In this document: positions 8,955-23,379 of the stretch, piece by piece
Layout: each line of letters begins with the position of its first letter
Position numbering within the stretch: position 1 is the first letter of the stretch
Source: Octopus sinensis
Lineage: Eukaryota
Assembly: GCF_006345805.1 (NCBI RefSeq)
Contig: NC_043010.1
Location: 34,410,001-34,474,000, forward strand
Direction: 5' to 3'
Length of the DNA stretch: 64,000 bases
Position numbers and translations under genes: made by a program
The notes under the pieces: generated by a model
Databases searched by the model: none
Told to the model about the DNA's origin: nothing
The model's input: the letters and a program-made list of their open reading frames with translations, nothing else

Positions 8955-11900
8955 TATATAAAGCCAAAGGCTCAAAATGTGTTGGGTGGGGCTATGGAGG
9001 GTTGTGATGAGTGTGTGCGGAGGTGTTCTGGATTCTGACTCTTCACATAAGACAACCCCAGTTTATTACCACATTAATTCCTTAACCAACTTACAATAAA
9101 TAGGACTCAAAGGAATTTTTTCACTTTATGCAATAAGATATTCTGTCCTTTGAAATTCACCTGCTTGCTGGCTACATTTTGTTCATGCCAAAAATCTCCT
9201 TAGCAGTTTTGTTTGCCATACCAGTGGAGGACACAAATTCAATAATAAGGATTCAATTCTTGAAAGCAAATAAAATACTGCAGATGGAAAGTTGAGTCAA
9301 TTTTGGTAAAGGGGCAAGTAAATGATTAATGCAATGTTTCCACTGTCCTTTAAATTCTGCCATTATATAAACAGAAGACTTATTCAACTCAGCATGATTT
9401 AGTGTATGTGGTCAATGTTTGAACGTATTTTGTACTCCGAGCTATGGCATCTGAAATGTAGTCAGTATTTCTAGCATTAAAAATCCTCACCATGCACAAC
9501 TAGTTCAGAAAAGTTAAACAGTAAAAATAAGAGAAACTAGGGAAGGTTGGCATTGGAAAATAATAATAAGTACAAAAAATATTACTTGTGTTTTATCCAT
9601 CTGAGTTGTGCAGATGCTTCATTGTTACTGTGGCTTTTGGAAAGCTGGTGAAAAGCTTGGTGGAAACCTTATAACCAACCACACTATTCACAAAATGCAT
9701 ATGTATAAAAGAAAATAAAAACTAAGAAATACTTCTTGAATCCTTACTGTCAATAACCATTTTATGATGAAAGGATAATTATAAACTAAAATAATTAACA
9801 ATTTCACTGGAGAAATGCCTTAGTAGAGGTTACAACATTTATTTGGATGTGGATTGCTACAGAATTATAGGTTTGTTTCTACATTTTATAATTCACTGAA
9901 GTTTCCTGAACTTTAGACAGGTACTATGAAAAAGACTGTGTGGCTGTCATTGCACCTTGAGTTTGTTTTAAATAGCTTTATAATGTTATTGGGTGTTTTG
10001 TTAGCTTATTTGCTGAATTTAAGTCCTACCAGTGGAATATATAAAGGTGGCAGTCTTCAGCAGAAGTGCAGCATGGGCAAAGTGACAGGTGTCATTGCTG
10101 TGGGCACAAAATTTCAAAAGGGGGAAGTGGTTTAATACTGGATTGCTGGGCTCAGGGAGTGCTAATGTTTCATGGATCAGGGGTCAATAGTTGCCTTGCT
10201 CCAAGTGCTGGCAACCCATGCTATTCCACCAAGTTTCAGTGATGAGCCAGCAACCTACTGGATTACTGAACTCAACATAAACCTTCAGTTTATTTGTGAT
10301 TGACTATTGATGTTTGTACAGCATTTTCAAGGAATAATTCATTGTATTGGCTTCTAGTTACATACTTCAAGCCAAGAAAGAGACTTTATTTCAGCATTAC
10401 AAGCTAACAAAACAACTATAAGTTATACTACTGAAAAATGACAGGATGGTTATGTCTGGAATGTCTTTGATCAGTGCTTTATTCACTGAGAGCTGAACTG
10501 GAGCTAAACAACAAGAAGAAGTTAATTACAAGCTAGGTGAACTGAGTCTATGGAAGTTGTGTCTTATCTGAGAACACAATACATTTGCAGGCTATGAACT
10601 GTTGAAATCTTAACTAGGAACCCATTTGCTGCCAGCACATCTTGTCAATTCAGCCTTCAATAGTTCTCTTACTTGCAGATAATGTTTACCAGTTTTTCTT
10701 TTCTTTTTGAGATATTCTTGGGACTATGTTTACAGTTGAAAGCATACCACAGAACAATATATTTTATTGACTTTCATAATTTTTTCTTGATACTTTTTGA
10801 TATTTCTCTTCTAGATCTGTCTATTGTAGCTGTTATTTTTGTTTAGCTCCTGGTCAACACTACTTGAATGGTCTTTTGATAAAAGGCCACCTTGTATTTT
10901 TTTGAGACACAGTGTATCTGTGACTACATTATCCAATGTATTTCTTTTTAAAATTATAGAGTTTTAATTTGAAGGAGATTTGACTGGCTCACGATCTGTC
11001 AATTTATACAAAGAGACAAGAAAATAATGAAATCTATATCTATAAAACAGTCCTTGGACGAAAATTGTATGCACATTTTGCTTTGACAGTTAATGGTGGC
11101 CAAACCGAGGCTAGGATTGAGCTGAAAATTGGCAGGGATACTAAATGTGTGGTGAGGATGAGACCCGCAATGGTTAAAATTCGCAAGCTATAAAGATGTG
11201 GTTGCTATGGCAAAAAGAGTGAATTTTTATTGATTCAAGGGGCCCCAGAGCCCCTCTAGGTTTGTGGGATTGGGTTTTAATGCCCAGTGGCATGCACTGC
11301 AGGCTGTTGTGCTTAATAAACATACATTTTTTTGTGAAATTCCGGCTACTAGGAAATGATTTTTCATTGTGAAAAAAACGAGTGCTTCTTGCCCTCATTT
11401 TCTTTTTAATCTTTTTATAAAGGTGAAAGGATTTTGTCTATTTATTTCTGCTGTCCACTTACGATGGTGATTCAGTTGACTAGGAAAACCATGTGATGAA
11501 TATCCAATACCAAACTATCTTAATCTACATATTGAAACTGCATTAAACATTGGCAAACTTACCTTTACTTATTCTGAGTTACTTGAAAGGTGATGTTCCC
11601 TTCCCTCTCTTCTGATTGTTGATACCTTTTTTTTTTTACCTTTGATACTGTTGTTTCACTTTAAGGATACTTCTTTACCCAGCCATTATGATATTTTGAC
11701 TGCTGTCCATTGTTTCAAATAGATTTTAGCATTGTCATTCTAGCCTTTTTTAAACGCTCACATATGATTCATCCCAAAGAATCAACCTTTAAATAAGAGT
11801 TTTGCTTCCACTAGCAAAAGCTATATATATCTTTCAAGAAGCTCCATACAAATTTAACTTTATGCAGCATTCACTGTTTATGTGCATGCTAGATAAGTAT

Positions 11901-11974
11901 GCTGTTTTCATTAAAATAGACAATGTGTAGGATGTCTGGGATGTTCATCTACTGCAGTGTGTGAATGTGTATGT

Positions 11975-12016
<42 letters not shown>

Positions 12017-12049
12017 CTATATATCTATATCTATATATATATATGAGAG

Positions 12050-12215
12050 GTGCAGACATGGGTGTATGGTTAAGAAGTTCTCTTTCTGGCCCTGTATGTT
12101 TGGATCCAGTCTTACTGTGCAGAAATATTTCTATGATAATCCTGGCCTGACCAAAGCCATGTGAGTGAATTTGGTAAATGGAAAGTGAAATCTGCATGTT
12201 GTGGAATCATATATG
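12050..12215 (+). mobile_element. Diverged SINE copy
   Basis: Matches the 3563 family (tggttaagaagtt...cctgaccaaagccatgtgagtgaatttggta..ggaaa.tgaaa). Confidence 0.7.
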
Positions 12216-12969
12216 TATTCATAGTGTGTGTGTGTTTTACATTTGAATTCTACAAAGATGCTTACTATCTCACTATGAGTGGTGGTGTTATATTGTCACT
12301 TCTCCTCTCAATATATCATCAACTTACTTCACACCTTCAAAGACATGTGAAATAAAAGATTCCATTCTTGAAAAACAGTTAACAGTTAGCCAGAGGAAGG
12401 GCACTAAGCTGTTCAACACTGTCCCAGTATGTCTGTTTAACCTATGCTAGCATAGGTTAGATAAATATATTGAAACAGATATAAGGTAAATGAACGAAAA
12501 TGAAAATGTACATGGGAATTTTAGTGATAACAAAATATTTTTTGAAGTTTCTGTAATTTCCCCTGTACTGTTTGGATGATTAAAGGAGAAAGGAATTACT
12601 ATAGTCAACTTTGGGAATCATAAAAGAGTTGACAAAAACTTTGATTTAATCAATGATAAGGAATTTTCTGACTTTTGTTATGCTATGTAAAGCAAAGTAA
12701 GAGTGACTGACCAGGTGGTTGATGTGTTGACTTTAAATCATGTATTATTTAATACCAAACTGTTTTTTCTTTTTTCAGAGGTAGACATATTTGTGTCATT
12801 AAGATGGATGCTCTCAGTAACGAGTTTGCCAATTTCTTTAGATGGAAAACAATGATTTCTGATTTTGTAGCATTTACTTTGAAGAAGCGGTTATTCATAC
12901 ATTTGTTGGAATTGTCTACAATAGCTAGTAGATCTAGTTTAAGTCTATATGATTGAAGTAAGATATAGA

Positions 12970-13212
12970 CTTATGGCATAGTGGTTAAGAGTGCAGGCTA
13001 CTAATCCCAAGATTCTGAGTTCGATTCCAGGCAGTGACCTTAATAATAATAATGATAATAATAATAATAATAACATTGAAAAATACCTTAGGAATGAGAA
13101 CCTAGGTTCGAAATTTCCTCAAGACACCTTATGAAGGCTGGAGGGTATATCAGCCGAAACGTGTTAACAACAAACAAGATGAGGACAAATATCTGTCAAA
13201 TGTAAATAATGT
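12970..13212 (+). mobile_element. tRNA-like SINE head (A/B boxes), (TAA)n and a conserved tail
   Basis: A-box TGGCATAGTGG and B-box GAGTTCGATTCC. The tail gaaggctggagggtatatcagccgaaacg...aagatgaggaca has a diverged relative at about 4000-4140. Confidence 0.6.
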
Positions 13213-14026
13213 AAGATATAGACTATCTTGTAGATATGATGATCATCAAACAGCAATGTGAACTGAAAATATTATTGATGTAAGTTGTGAAATGGAGGAT
13301 GTAAACATGTTGAATAGGACAGGACCTAGTACTGAGCCTTGGTATACTCTGTATTTTACAGCTATGAATTTACTCAATTAACTACTGTATTTGATGGCAT
13401 ATAAGACACACTTTCTTTTCCAAAAATATGTCTAAAACAAAAACCACCTTAGGTCCTGTACATAAAGTTGGGTCTGTATTACATGTTTTAATGCTCTGCT
13501 TTAGTGCCCTATAACCATTTCTTCCTGAATATGCACTGCTGAAATTGGAGTGAATCAAATATCACCTCGATTCTCTTATGTCATCAAACATGGCACTAAT
13601 GCTTGTATATATGTTTTTATATAGGAAGTGATCCAAATGACTTGAATTGGTCATTATCTACCATATTAAGTGTTGTTCTAGATGTTCTTATGGTCATTCT
13701 GGTGAAGGTTATTTGTAAATCTCACAGCTATGTCCACTCTTGTATTCTGGTAATGTTGGAGAATGCAAGTTGTCATGTGCAAGGTGATCAAGGTGTTGAA
13801 GTCATTATTTCCAATGAGCTTGATCCTAATGGAAACACAAGAGGTTGGTTGATACTTAGAAAGAATTCTAGGACCAAGAATGTTTTTTTCATTGTTTAGT
13901 TGGAGGAGGAGATTCCATATTTATGATCATTGCAGATGGTAGGTATGTTGGTTGGCTTTACCAGACCTTCCTATGAGTTGCTTATAAGAATACAGTAATA
14001 GTATGAGGTTACAGAATCAAAAGAAA

Positions 14027-14107
<81 letters not shown>
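14027..14107. repeat. (GA)n microsatellite
   Basis: Directly visible. Confidence 0.97.
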
Positions 14108-14111
<4 letters not shown>

Positions 14112-14159
14112 TGATGAGGAAAAATCTTGTTTGTGGATGATTTTAACTCTAAGAAAACA

Positions 14160-14341
14160 TTCTTTTACTCTTTTACTTGTTTCAGTCATTTGACTGTGGC
14201 CATGCTGGAGTACTGCCTTTGTAAGCCTAGTACTTATTCTATTGGTCTCTTTTGCCGAACCACTAAATTATGGGGACGTAAACACACCAGCATCAGTTGT
14301 CAAGCGATGTTGGGGTGACAAACACAGACACACTAACACAT

Positions 14342-14372
<31 letters not shown>

Positions 14373-14545
14373 CATATATACGACAGGCTTCTTTCAGTTT
14401 CCATCTACCAAATCCACTCACAAGGCTTTGGCTGGCCTGAGGCTATAGTTGAAGATACTTTCCCAAGGTGCTACGCAGAGGTACTGAACCTGGAACCATG
14501 TAGTTCATAAGCAAGCTACTTACCACACAGCCACACTTATGCCTA
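14160..14545 (-). mobile_element. Composite SINE, reverse orientation
   Basis: Reverse complement of the 5443-5835 structure. Confidence 0.8.
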
Positions 14546-14659
14546 TTAAAAAAAATTCTTGATAATTTGTTAGCAGTAAGGTTTATTATAGAAATATAAT
14601 CGGAGATAGTTTTATCTTTGTCTTTCTTTGTTATTGTCTATTCCCATCCTGAGGGCCAA

Positions 14660-15150
14660 GGATCATGGACACCTTCACCATCTCACTCCACTGGCTTTTG
14701 TCTCTAGCCATGGTTGTGCATTCAGCCAGAGGTCTTATGGTACATTCTTTGATATTGTCCAGCCAGGTGCCTTTTCAGTCTCCCCCTGCCTCATTTCCCA
14801 TTGACTCTTCCCTCTAGGATGTGAGTGCTGAAGTTTTCGGCCCTGATGATATAGCCAAAATATTGCAACTTTCTCTTCTTTTTCCCATTTCCTCAAATAC
14901 TGACCTGTTTATTTGTTGGTCAGTTCAGCTGATCCTGTGTACTCTCCAGTAGCATGTTGTTTCAAATGCTTGAGTTTACAGTGCAACAGGTCAAATCAGT
15001 GTATTCAAGAGATTTAATTTGATGTTCTTGTTTAGAGCTCTGTCTTTCCAGATGTATCGAATGATATTAATGTTGAGTGTATTACACTGAGTCATGCTCT
15101 TATTTCATATCCTCCATCTCCTGATTGTTCTATAACAGCTCCCATACAGG
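14660..15150 (-). mobile_element. RTE-clade LINE 3' remnant (reverse transcriptase C-terminus, degraded)
   Basis: Minus-strand translation gives KRKLQYFGYIIRAENFSTHILEGRVNGK*GRGR, the typical RTE C-terminal motif, with stops and frameshifts. Confidence 0.75.
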
Positions 15151-16167
15151 AGATTAAAGGAACAAAAATTGGAGCAAACAGCATTATTTTTTATCTTAAT
15201 AATATGAGATTTTCTTAACTTATTGGTAAAAGCATATACTTACATGATGGATATATAATACACTTTGCTTCCTTCTTTCAAATATTTTATTGCAAAAACA
15301 TAAAAATTTCTTTATGGAATTTTGAACAATTTTCAATTTTCATTGTGAAATAGGTTTTTTTTTTAGCATCTATCTTAGAGATCAGAATTCAACAAGTCTC
15401 TTCAGTTAAGATATTTTTTCAAACATCTACATCCAATTTTTAAAAGTTCTCTCTCCTTCTCACAATTATTACCTCTATTATTTCACCAACAGTCCAGTGA
15501 GAAGTTTTGTAAAACTGGTCTATATGTCTTTACTTAAAGCCTTCACTCTTTATGGGGCTAAGCCACTGTTGACGTTTCTTTACTGTTCTTCACTCTCAGT
15601 TATCTTTTCTTGAGAGGAAGCCTTCCTATCCCAGCTCTTGTTGGTTTTGAATTATCATTGATACTTTTGTAATATTGCTTTTTTTCTTGGTAAGGGTGTT
15701 GGCCATCCACAAACCCATTTTTACCTCTGGGAAGAGGTGAGCCATATTAGTCTGGCTTCTATCTTTTGTTCTTTCAAGCATGGGAGGTCCTACTAGGACC
15801 TTGTGTTCTGCTGGCATAGTTCTCAGGGTCATTGAGGCTCACAACCATCCTTCTGCATAAAAGACTATCTTTAGGGTATTATCAAATACATCATAACAGA
15901 AACTCATAATGAAAGAGAAATTATGAAAAAACCTTAAGTTAATGGTTTTTTTCAAAAGGTTCAATATAATATTCAAAATACTTGATTAGTCTTTCATATT
16001 CATTTAGTTTTGAGAAACGGTGAGGATTTCTGTATCTTTTACTTATTCCAGTTATTAGTCTGTGACCATACAGGAGTATCACCTTGAAGGGTTTAGCTGA
16101 TCAAATTGACCCTAGGACTTATGTTTTTTAAAGCCTGGTATTCATTGTATCAGTAAGCAGTCACACA

Positions 16168-16482
16168 GTGGAGGTGCAATGGCCCAGTGGTTAGGGCAGC
16201 AGACTCGTGGTCAGAGGATCGCAGTTTCAATTTTCAGACCGGGTGTTGTGTGTGTTTATTGAGTGAAAACACCTAAAAGCTCCCCGAGGCTCCGGCAGGG
16301 GGTGGTGGTGACCCTTGTTGTACTCTTTTGCCACAACTTTCTCTCACTCTCTCTTCCTGTTTCATGAGTAACGCTGCAATGGACTGGCATCCCGTCCAGC
16401 TGGGGGGAACATGTACGCCACAGAAACCGGGAAACCGGGCCCATGAGCCTGGCTAGGCTTGAAAAGGGCAACGTTTATCATT
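16168..16482 (+). mobile_element. tRNA-derived SINE with a Meta/V-type core and a 14-bp target-site duplication
   Basis: A-box TGGCCCAGTGG. Core atggactggcatcccgtccag...cagaaaccggg. Perfect TSD taagcagtcacaca at 16154-16167 and 16483-16496. Splits an older reverse SINE. Confidence 0.85.
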
Positions 16483-16499
16483 TAAGCAGTCACACACAT

Positions 16500-16690
16500 G
16501 CACGTGTGCTCACATATATGGCAGGCTTCTTTTCAGTCTACCAAATCCACTAACAAAGCTTTGGTTATCTTAGGGCTATAGTAGAAAACACTTGCTCAAG
16601 GTAAACTAAATTTGAGCTGAACTAAACTGGGACTGAATCTGGAACCATGTGGTTGAGAAGCAAACTTCTTGCCACTCAGCCATACATGCA
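16500..16690 (-). mobile_element. Head half of the older reverse SINE interrupted by the 16168 insertion
   Basis: Reverse complement of the 3563 family. Its tail half lies at about 16040-16150. Confidence 0.7.
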
Positions 16691-17089
16691 GCTTTTCAGA
16701 GAAAATCTAATTAGCCAAAAAAAAAGAAAAAAAAAAGGAATAAATGTGAAATACAAGGATATAATGAGTGCAAGGAATAACTAAAATAACCAAGAAAAAA
16801 CAAAAACACAAAAAACAACAGAAATCTTATAAGTACACTGCAAAAATATTTATTACTGTAGCAATTGTTGACATGTGCTAAGCATAATCCTTGATGGAGA
16901 AGGAGTGTGACATGGCAAATATTCAGCAAAAATTGGTCATTTTAGCAGTAAAAATTGTAGCTTTAATCAGAAAATTGAAACAAAAGCCCAACAAGTATTG
17001 ATATAGTTGTTTTATTTATTTAGTTTATTTTGTTTTGTTTTTCGTTTTCATGTCAGTCAATATACATAAAAACAATTCTACATAACACA

Positions 17090-17176
17090 CACATACACAT
17101 ATATAATGCATATATATACACATATATACATATTATATACATGTGTGTGTGTGTGTGTATATACATATATATATAT

Positions 17177-17240
<64 letters not shown>

Positions 17241-17265
17241 GCATAATATATATAATGTATATATA
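17090..17265. repeat. (TA)n/(TG)n microsatellite
   Basis: Directly visible. Similar tracts at 7660-7708, 20675-20735, 23320-23375, 26120-26275, 49545-49595 and elsewhere. Confidence 0.95.
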
Positions 17266-19255
17266 CCTTTTTTATAAGTTTATCTTTTACCTCTAAGTTG
17301 TTAGGGGGAAACTTAATTATTCTTAATTAAGAAAAAAATGTTCAAAAACCTAATAGTATGTGCATGTCTGTGAGCTTCTGTGTGTATATGTGAGTATGTG
17401 TATATATGTATGTGTTGAGAGATAGATCCTATATATTTAATAGAGAATTAATATGAGAAGTTGTGTAGGTCATTCCTTTTTCAAAGACATTATTGACGTT
17501 AGGGAAACAGATGGTCTTTCACTAAGAAACAGTATATGAATCATGATGTTGGACTAGTGCGAGCTATGTGTTGTGTTCTTATGACTTGTGTGTATATGTA
17601 TGTATGGTGAATACATATGCACACACACACACATACACACACATATATAGTGACTAGACACATGAACCTTACAGGGTACATCTTAATTTGTCCAATACAG
17701 GTATTTATTCACTGAAAGAGCTCTAAAACTAGTTGGAAATTAAGTGGGGAATATATATATAATATAATTTTTGTAGCTGTTCACATATCACCTAACTTAA
17801 TTGCACAGCTTTAACATTTGTCATTGCCAGATGTCTGCAGAAGGTAGTTTAAATTAAATCAAATACTCTATGTTTAGCATTAAACAAACAAATATAGTAT
17901 ATATTAACACTAACATACAGATTAAGAGTCTGTAGTAGGACGCTTTTGGTATTTGTTTGTTACTAATATTATAATTATTACTTTTCAATAAAGAAATCAA
18001 AATTTATTATTAAAAGTAAAGAAAAGATTATTATTATTATTATTATTATTGATGTATTTTTTTTTCAAGGCTCAAATGGAACAGCAGTGCCAAATAGTTG
18101 GAGCATAATTTTTGACTTTTTGATAAATAGGTAGTTATATCACAGAAAGAATCGTCAACAAGAATTTTTTAAAAGTTCCATGAGAATTTGTTTGCTAGGA
18201 TATCTGTGTATGTGTGTGTGTGTTTGTGTATAAACACATATATGTTGATATAAAGCACCAAGTTGAAAAACTAATTATATTATTAAAATTATTATTATGA
18301 TTATCATTATAACTATATTCCACATATGTGTGTGTGTGTGTATGTGTGTATATATATATAAAATTAATTAATTTTTTAAAATAATAATTAGTATTTTAAT
18401 TTATTTGGTAATTACCATTATTCATTTTCAAAGGAATGAAACAACACTACTGAAATATAGCAGAGCAGGTTCAAATACTGACGTATCTAACATAAAAAGA
18501 AATTAACAAATAATTAAGCCCTAACTGATTCAACCATTAATTAGAAAGTTAATTTCGTTATTGTTTGTTGTTGTTATTTCCGTTGGCCTAGTTTCTTTTT
18601 TACTTGCCTATTGGTTTGTTTGTTTATTAGATTGTTGAATTTTTTCTTTGTTATGTTTTGTATACATTCAAGAGGTTTTAATTTGAGAGAGTTGGCATAT
18701 CTCAGTCTCAAGGTATTTTTTTATATGTTGACAAAAATGTATTAATATGCTAAAAATAATAAAAAAAAAACAACTGATTTTTTTTGTCCCCTTTCCTTTT
18801 TAAACCTATCTGGCTTTAAAATAGTTAAAAGAATATCTAATGGGGGTGGGGGCAGAAAGTAAGACATGATATAAACAGGAATGTGACATATGCAAAACCA
18901 AAGACTTAGTCTCTGGATTAGCAACAGTTATTGTTACAAAATGTCCATATTTATGTCTAAATTGTCTCTTTTAATTTATGTCTATCTAGATTATCTCTTT
19001 TAGACAGCAAATAACATTTCTTTGGAGAAAAAAAAATATATATACCAATATGTAAAAAAGTTATAATAACAACAGCAGTATTAACAAATTTTGCATTTGA
19101 AAAATTAAGTATAAATCAGTTATAACAAAAAAAAAAGTATTTTACAAATTTTTCTTTTAGTTTTAATTTCTTTTTCAGAAATATTAAAAAAAATGTATCC
19201 ATCCCAAAACCAAGTTTTTCATCATCATCATCATCATCATTATTATAATTTATGT

Positions 19256-19286
<31 letters not shown>

Positions 19287-20680
19287 CATTATTAAAGCAT
19301 AGATTTATCACAGCAGTTATAAAAATTAGCTTACATTGTGTACACGCATACGCACAAACACACTAATGCAATAAATGTTGATAAATATACATAGATACTC
19401 AGACATAGTATACATAGTACGCACAGATACACAGCCACATGCTTACTCACACATACACATATAAATATATACATTATCCTGAAATACAGAAGAATTGCAG
19501 AAAATTTTCTCATCAATATAGTATTAACAGGGCCTAATTAATTATTTGCTACTATGTCTATTTCAATTGAAGGTTGAATCTAGCTGAGGAGATAGGCTAT
19601 TGTTCCGCCACTGACCAAAAAGCCAGTAGTTCAAATACTGCCATGGACACTGTACAGTGCTCATGGTCAAATCACTTAACTGGTATTGATTCAGTTTACC
19701 TGGCTTATTAATAGATAACAGTCTATCTACTCTTAAATAGTAATTAGATGTACCATTTATGATACAACTGATTGCAATAAATAGGTAAAATAAACAGTAG
19801 TATGGCTATATATAGTCCACCTAGGTGTAAATAGTTAACAAGATGTGGTGTGACTTAGAATTGTAATTGGTCTAGGTACCACAAAGGACAAGTCCAGTAC
19901 TGTACAGATTACAAGGAATTTATTAGTTAACTGCTGAGATCAATTTGTCCCATGAGTAAGGTCTTGAGACAACTGAGCCCTCCCATGGTTTCCCCCTAAC
20001 CAGTCAATGTAACTATAATAGAATGAGAGAGATGGTGTTTTAGCAAAATTCAAACTGGATTAACAACTTTTTATTAGTTAATTAAGTGGTTGATTGATGG
20101 AGATATTGATTTACATTGTAAAAAAAGAACAAAGAAATATTTTTCTATTTAAAGAAAATTAACAAAATCTTTTAAAAATAGAATTAAATAGGTAAAAATA
20201 TATATACTTGATTTGAAAAAAGAAAGAACCTAACTGTTAACATATTTAATATTGAAATTTTAGATAATTCTTGTTTTTAACCTGGTGCTATGCATGGAAA
20301 TGACACAATGTATGAATATTCCCATATGGACATAAATGGTTAAAAAACAACAGCAACAAAAAATTTTTTTCAAGCATGGCAGCAAGCTTTTGAAATCCAA
20401 TGAAATCCAGTTAGAAAAATAAATATATATATAAAAAAAAATACACAGAGAGAAACTCGTGAAAACCAGCAACCTGGAATTGGTTTGCTGTTATGAAGGC
20501 TTCCATCAAAATTTGGATAAGCGCAGAGGTGGAAAAGATAAAAAAAAAAATATAAATAAATCGCATATGTGACAGTAAGCCTTTTGCCACTTTTTGACTT
20601 CCACATGGTTCCCCTTTTATGATTTCAGTAACAGGCCGGAGAACCCTGTGTACTCACACATTGAGGGCAGTATGTATATA

Positions 20681-20737
<57 letters not shown>

Positions 20738-21320
20738 CTTTTATGGATATAATTTTGAGTTTTTCATGGGGAGCAGTTTTGGACCAACTAAGAGCTGGTA
20801 TGTCAGATTTTGGTTGGGCCAAAACAAGCAATAACGACAACAAAAGTCAACAGGAATTCATTAACACCAGAAGCTTGTGACATTGCTTAAAAATCAAGAG
20901 GTTTTGGAGGAGGGGGTTAACATAAGAAAAAGAGAATTAAAATGTTTGCTCTCACAAAGGGACTATTAAAAAAATAAAAATTATTTGAAGGGTGGAGATT
21001 ATAATGTAGCATACCAGAAATGAAAATGAAAGTCAGAAAAAATCCAAAGTATTGGAATGATATGTTAAAAACAGTAGTAAAAATAAAGAAAGAGAAAATA
21101 TTGGAAGAGATATGATGGGAATCTAAAATATTTAAAGAGATTGTATAACATTATATATATATATATGCACACACCATACACACACATGTCTTTTGAGGAT
21201 GGCACATGACAACAAATAACAAAGTTAAAATATGATTGAAATACAGAAACTAAATCTAGGAGATGATGTAAGAGAAAAACACAACATTTTATCTAGAAAA
21301 TGCATAGTAGATATCCAATT

Positions 21321-21366
<46 letters not shown>

Positions 21367-21780
21367 GGATTTCTAAAATAGGCACATGATCTCATATTAT
21401 AGATGGGATGTGAAGTCAATTAAATAAAACTCAGTATTTTACCAAGGTATATTTTATTAATTTTTTTTTTTAACCACAAGGATGTAAAGCAAATTTGAGC
21501 TTGGCCTGATTTGAACTCTGAGCCTAACGATATTGTATTAATAATGGTTTTCAACATTGGTGCATGGCATTGTAGGCACTCTGTTATATCAACTTTGTTA
21601 GGTCTGAAAGGCAAAGTTGATCTTCATGAGTTTTGAACTCAGAGCATAATTATTTCTAACATAGGTACAAATGCCATAAAGTCTGCTATTGATTAAATCA
21701 ACCTCAGAGTTTATTCTGAGCTTTTCCTGCATAACTAATCACAACTGTGCACATTGTATCCATGCAATATTTTGTAATGC

Positions 21781-21820
<40 letters not shown>

Positions 21821-22431
21821 GGAGTAATCTAATACAGGGGAATAAACTATTTTCTTTATTTACCCATATCACCCCCTTGCTAAAATCACTTCTCCCCGCT
21901 CCATTAAATTTTCCTGTCACATGATGGGTACCAATGCCCTAAGGTATTTTTGATTGAGCCAATATATTTTTCACAGCTTTTTATCTTTGCTTTTCCTTTC
22001 AGCTAACCAAGCAACTGTGACGTAGCACTGGAAATCTATTTTTGTCTATGTGACTTCTAGACTGAAGCAAAATGCTTTTAGCCCAAGTAGCAAAGATACG
22101 TTATAACTGTGTAGATAATTGTAACAGTCTAAACTCAAGACCATATACTTACTTTAAAACAGTGGCCAATAGTTTAAATGTTAAATAATTTGTATTCTTA
22201 CAAACTATGTATTTGTTTCTTTTTTTTTTAACAGTTGATAGCCATTAATACCAAAGATAGAAAAATGAGGACAGAAAAATGACAAAAATGAGAAAAGAAG
22301 AAAAGGAAATAAAAATATATGTATATTTACACATACTTATATATATATATAGTATATATATATAAGTATATATGCATGTAAGCATGTATATATGTATGTA
22401 AATATATGCATGTATATATATATACATCTAC

Positions 22432-22520
22432 CAGTGAGAAAATGATTGCATTTGATGTAGTCTTACCTGGAGGGCAAAGGGAGCGAATAAAAAAAAAAGA
22501 AAGTGAATAAAATAAAGTGA
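22432..22520 (-). promoter_or_regulatory. Strong 3' splice site directly followed by a 5' splice-site consensus (YAG|GTAAGA): candidate recursive splice site or 35-nt exon
   Basis: Minus strand reads ttctttttttttttattcgctccctttgccctccAG|GTAAGActac, junction 22467/22466. No AG for about 110 nt upstream. Second donor CTG|GTAGAT at 22432/22431. Confidence 0.5.
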
Positions 22521-22767
22521 TAAAAAAACATACACAAATATTTAAAGCGGGGAAAAATATATTAAAGAAAAACATTATTAACTTATTTTTAAATGTATAT
22601 ATATATAAGTTTATGTTTGTATCTATATTTTTCATTTATTTCTTATAGGACAGACTTCTTTATTTGAAAGCAGAAAAAAATGTTTCGTATAGTTTTTAGA
22701 AAAGAGCCTTTTAAATATGTAGACCACATAATATATATGTATATGCATCTGAGTGTGTGTATGTGTG

Positions 22768-22807
<40 letters not shown>

Positions 22808-23311
22808 CACACATACAGACAGACAGGTGAGAAAGAATTAAGTAACTTGATAGATATATAATTAGATAAACAGACAAATAAATATATGATAGATAAATAG
22901 ATGGATTAACAGGCAGATAGATAGATGCATGAGTAGATGAGTACATTTCTGACACCCACCACCTCCAAACAGAAGATAATTAACAACATACTTTATACAA
23001 AAAGTAAACCAATATGAACCAGAAGCAAATGTCAATTAGAAACCTACAGTTGACAACTGGAAAAATATTTCAAGTTTGGTTCTTTTTTTTTGTTAATTTT
23101 TCTAAGAAAGTTTTTCTGTTTTTTTATTTCATTTTTCAAATTTTGCGATTTTTTATATTTAAAATTTTTTAATATTTTTTATCTAATTTAAAAAATTATC
23201 AAATGTAGGTTTACAATTTTATTTATTTTAGTTCCAAGTAATATGTAATATATAATGTGTATGTACTCATGTTTTGAGTTCTATGTTGATATTTGTATCA
23301 CCAAACACACA

Positions 23312-23379
<68 letters not shown>

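Noticed and set aside
12779-12958. + strand segment with strong acceptor and GTAAGA donor
   Set aside because: Stop codons in all three frames and no recognisable product; at most a non-coding exon.
12970-13030. Possible tRNA gene (also 16170-16250 and 55190-55255)
   Set aside because: A/B boxes are present but no complete cloverleaf or acceptor stem is evident, and each continues into a SINE body.
13600-13960. 98-aa + ORF / possible Penelope-like remnant on the minus strand
   Set aside because: Too degraded to assign; no diagnostic motif could be read with confidence.
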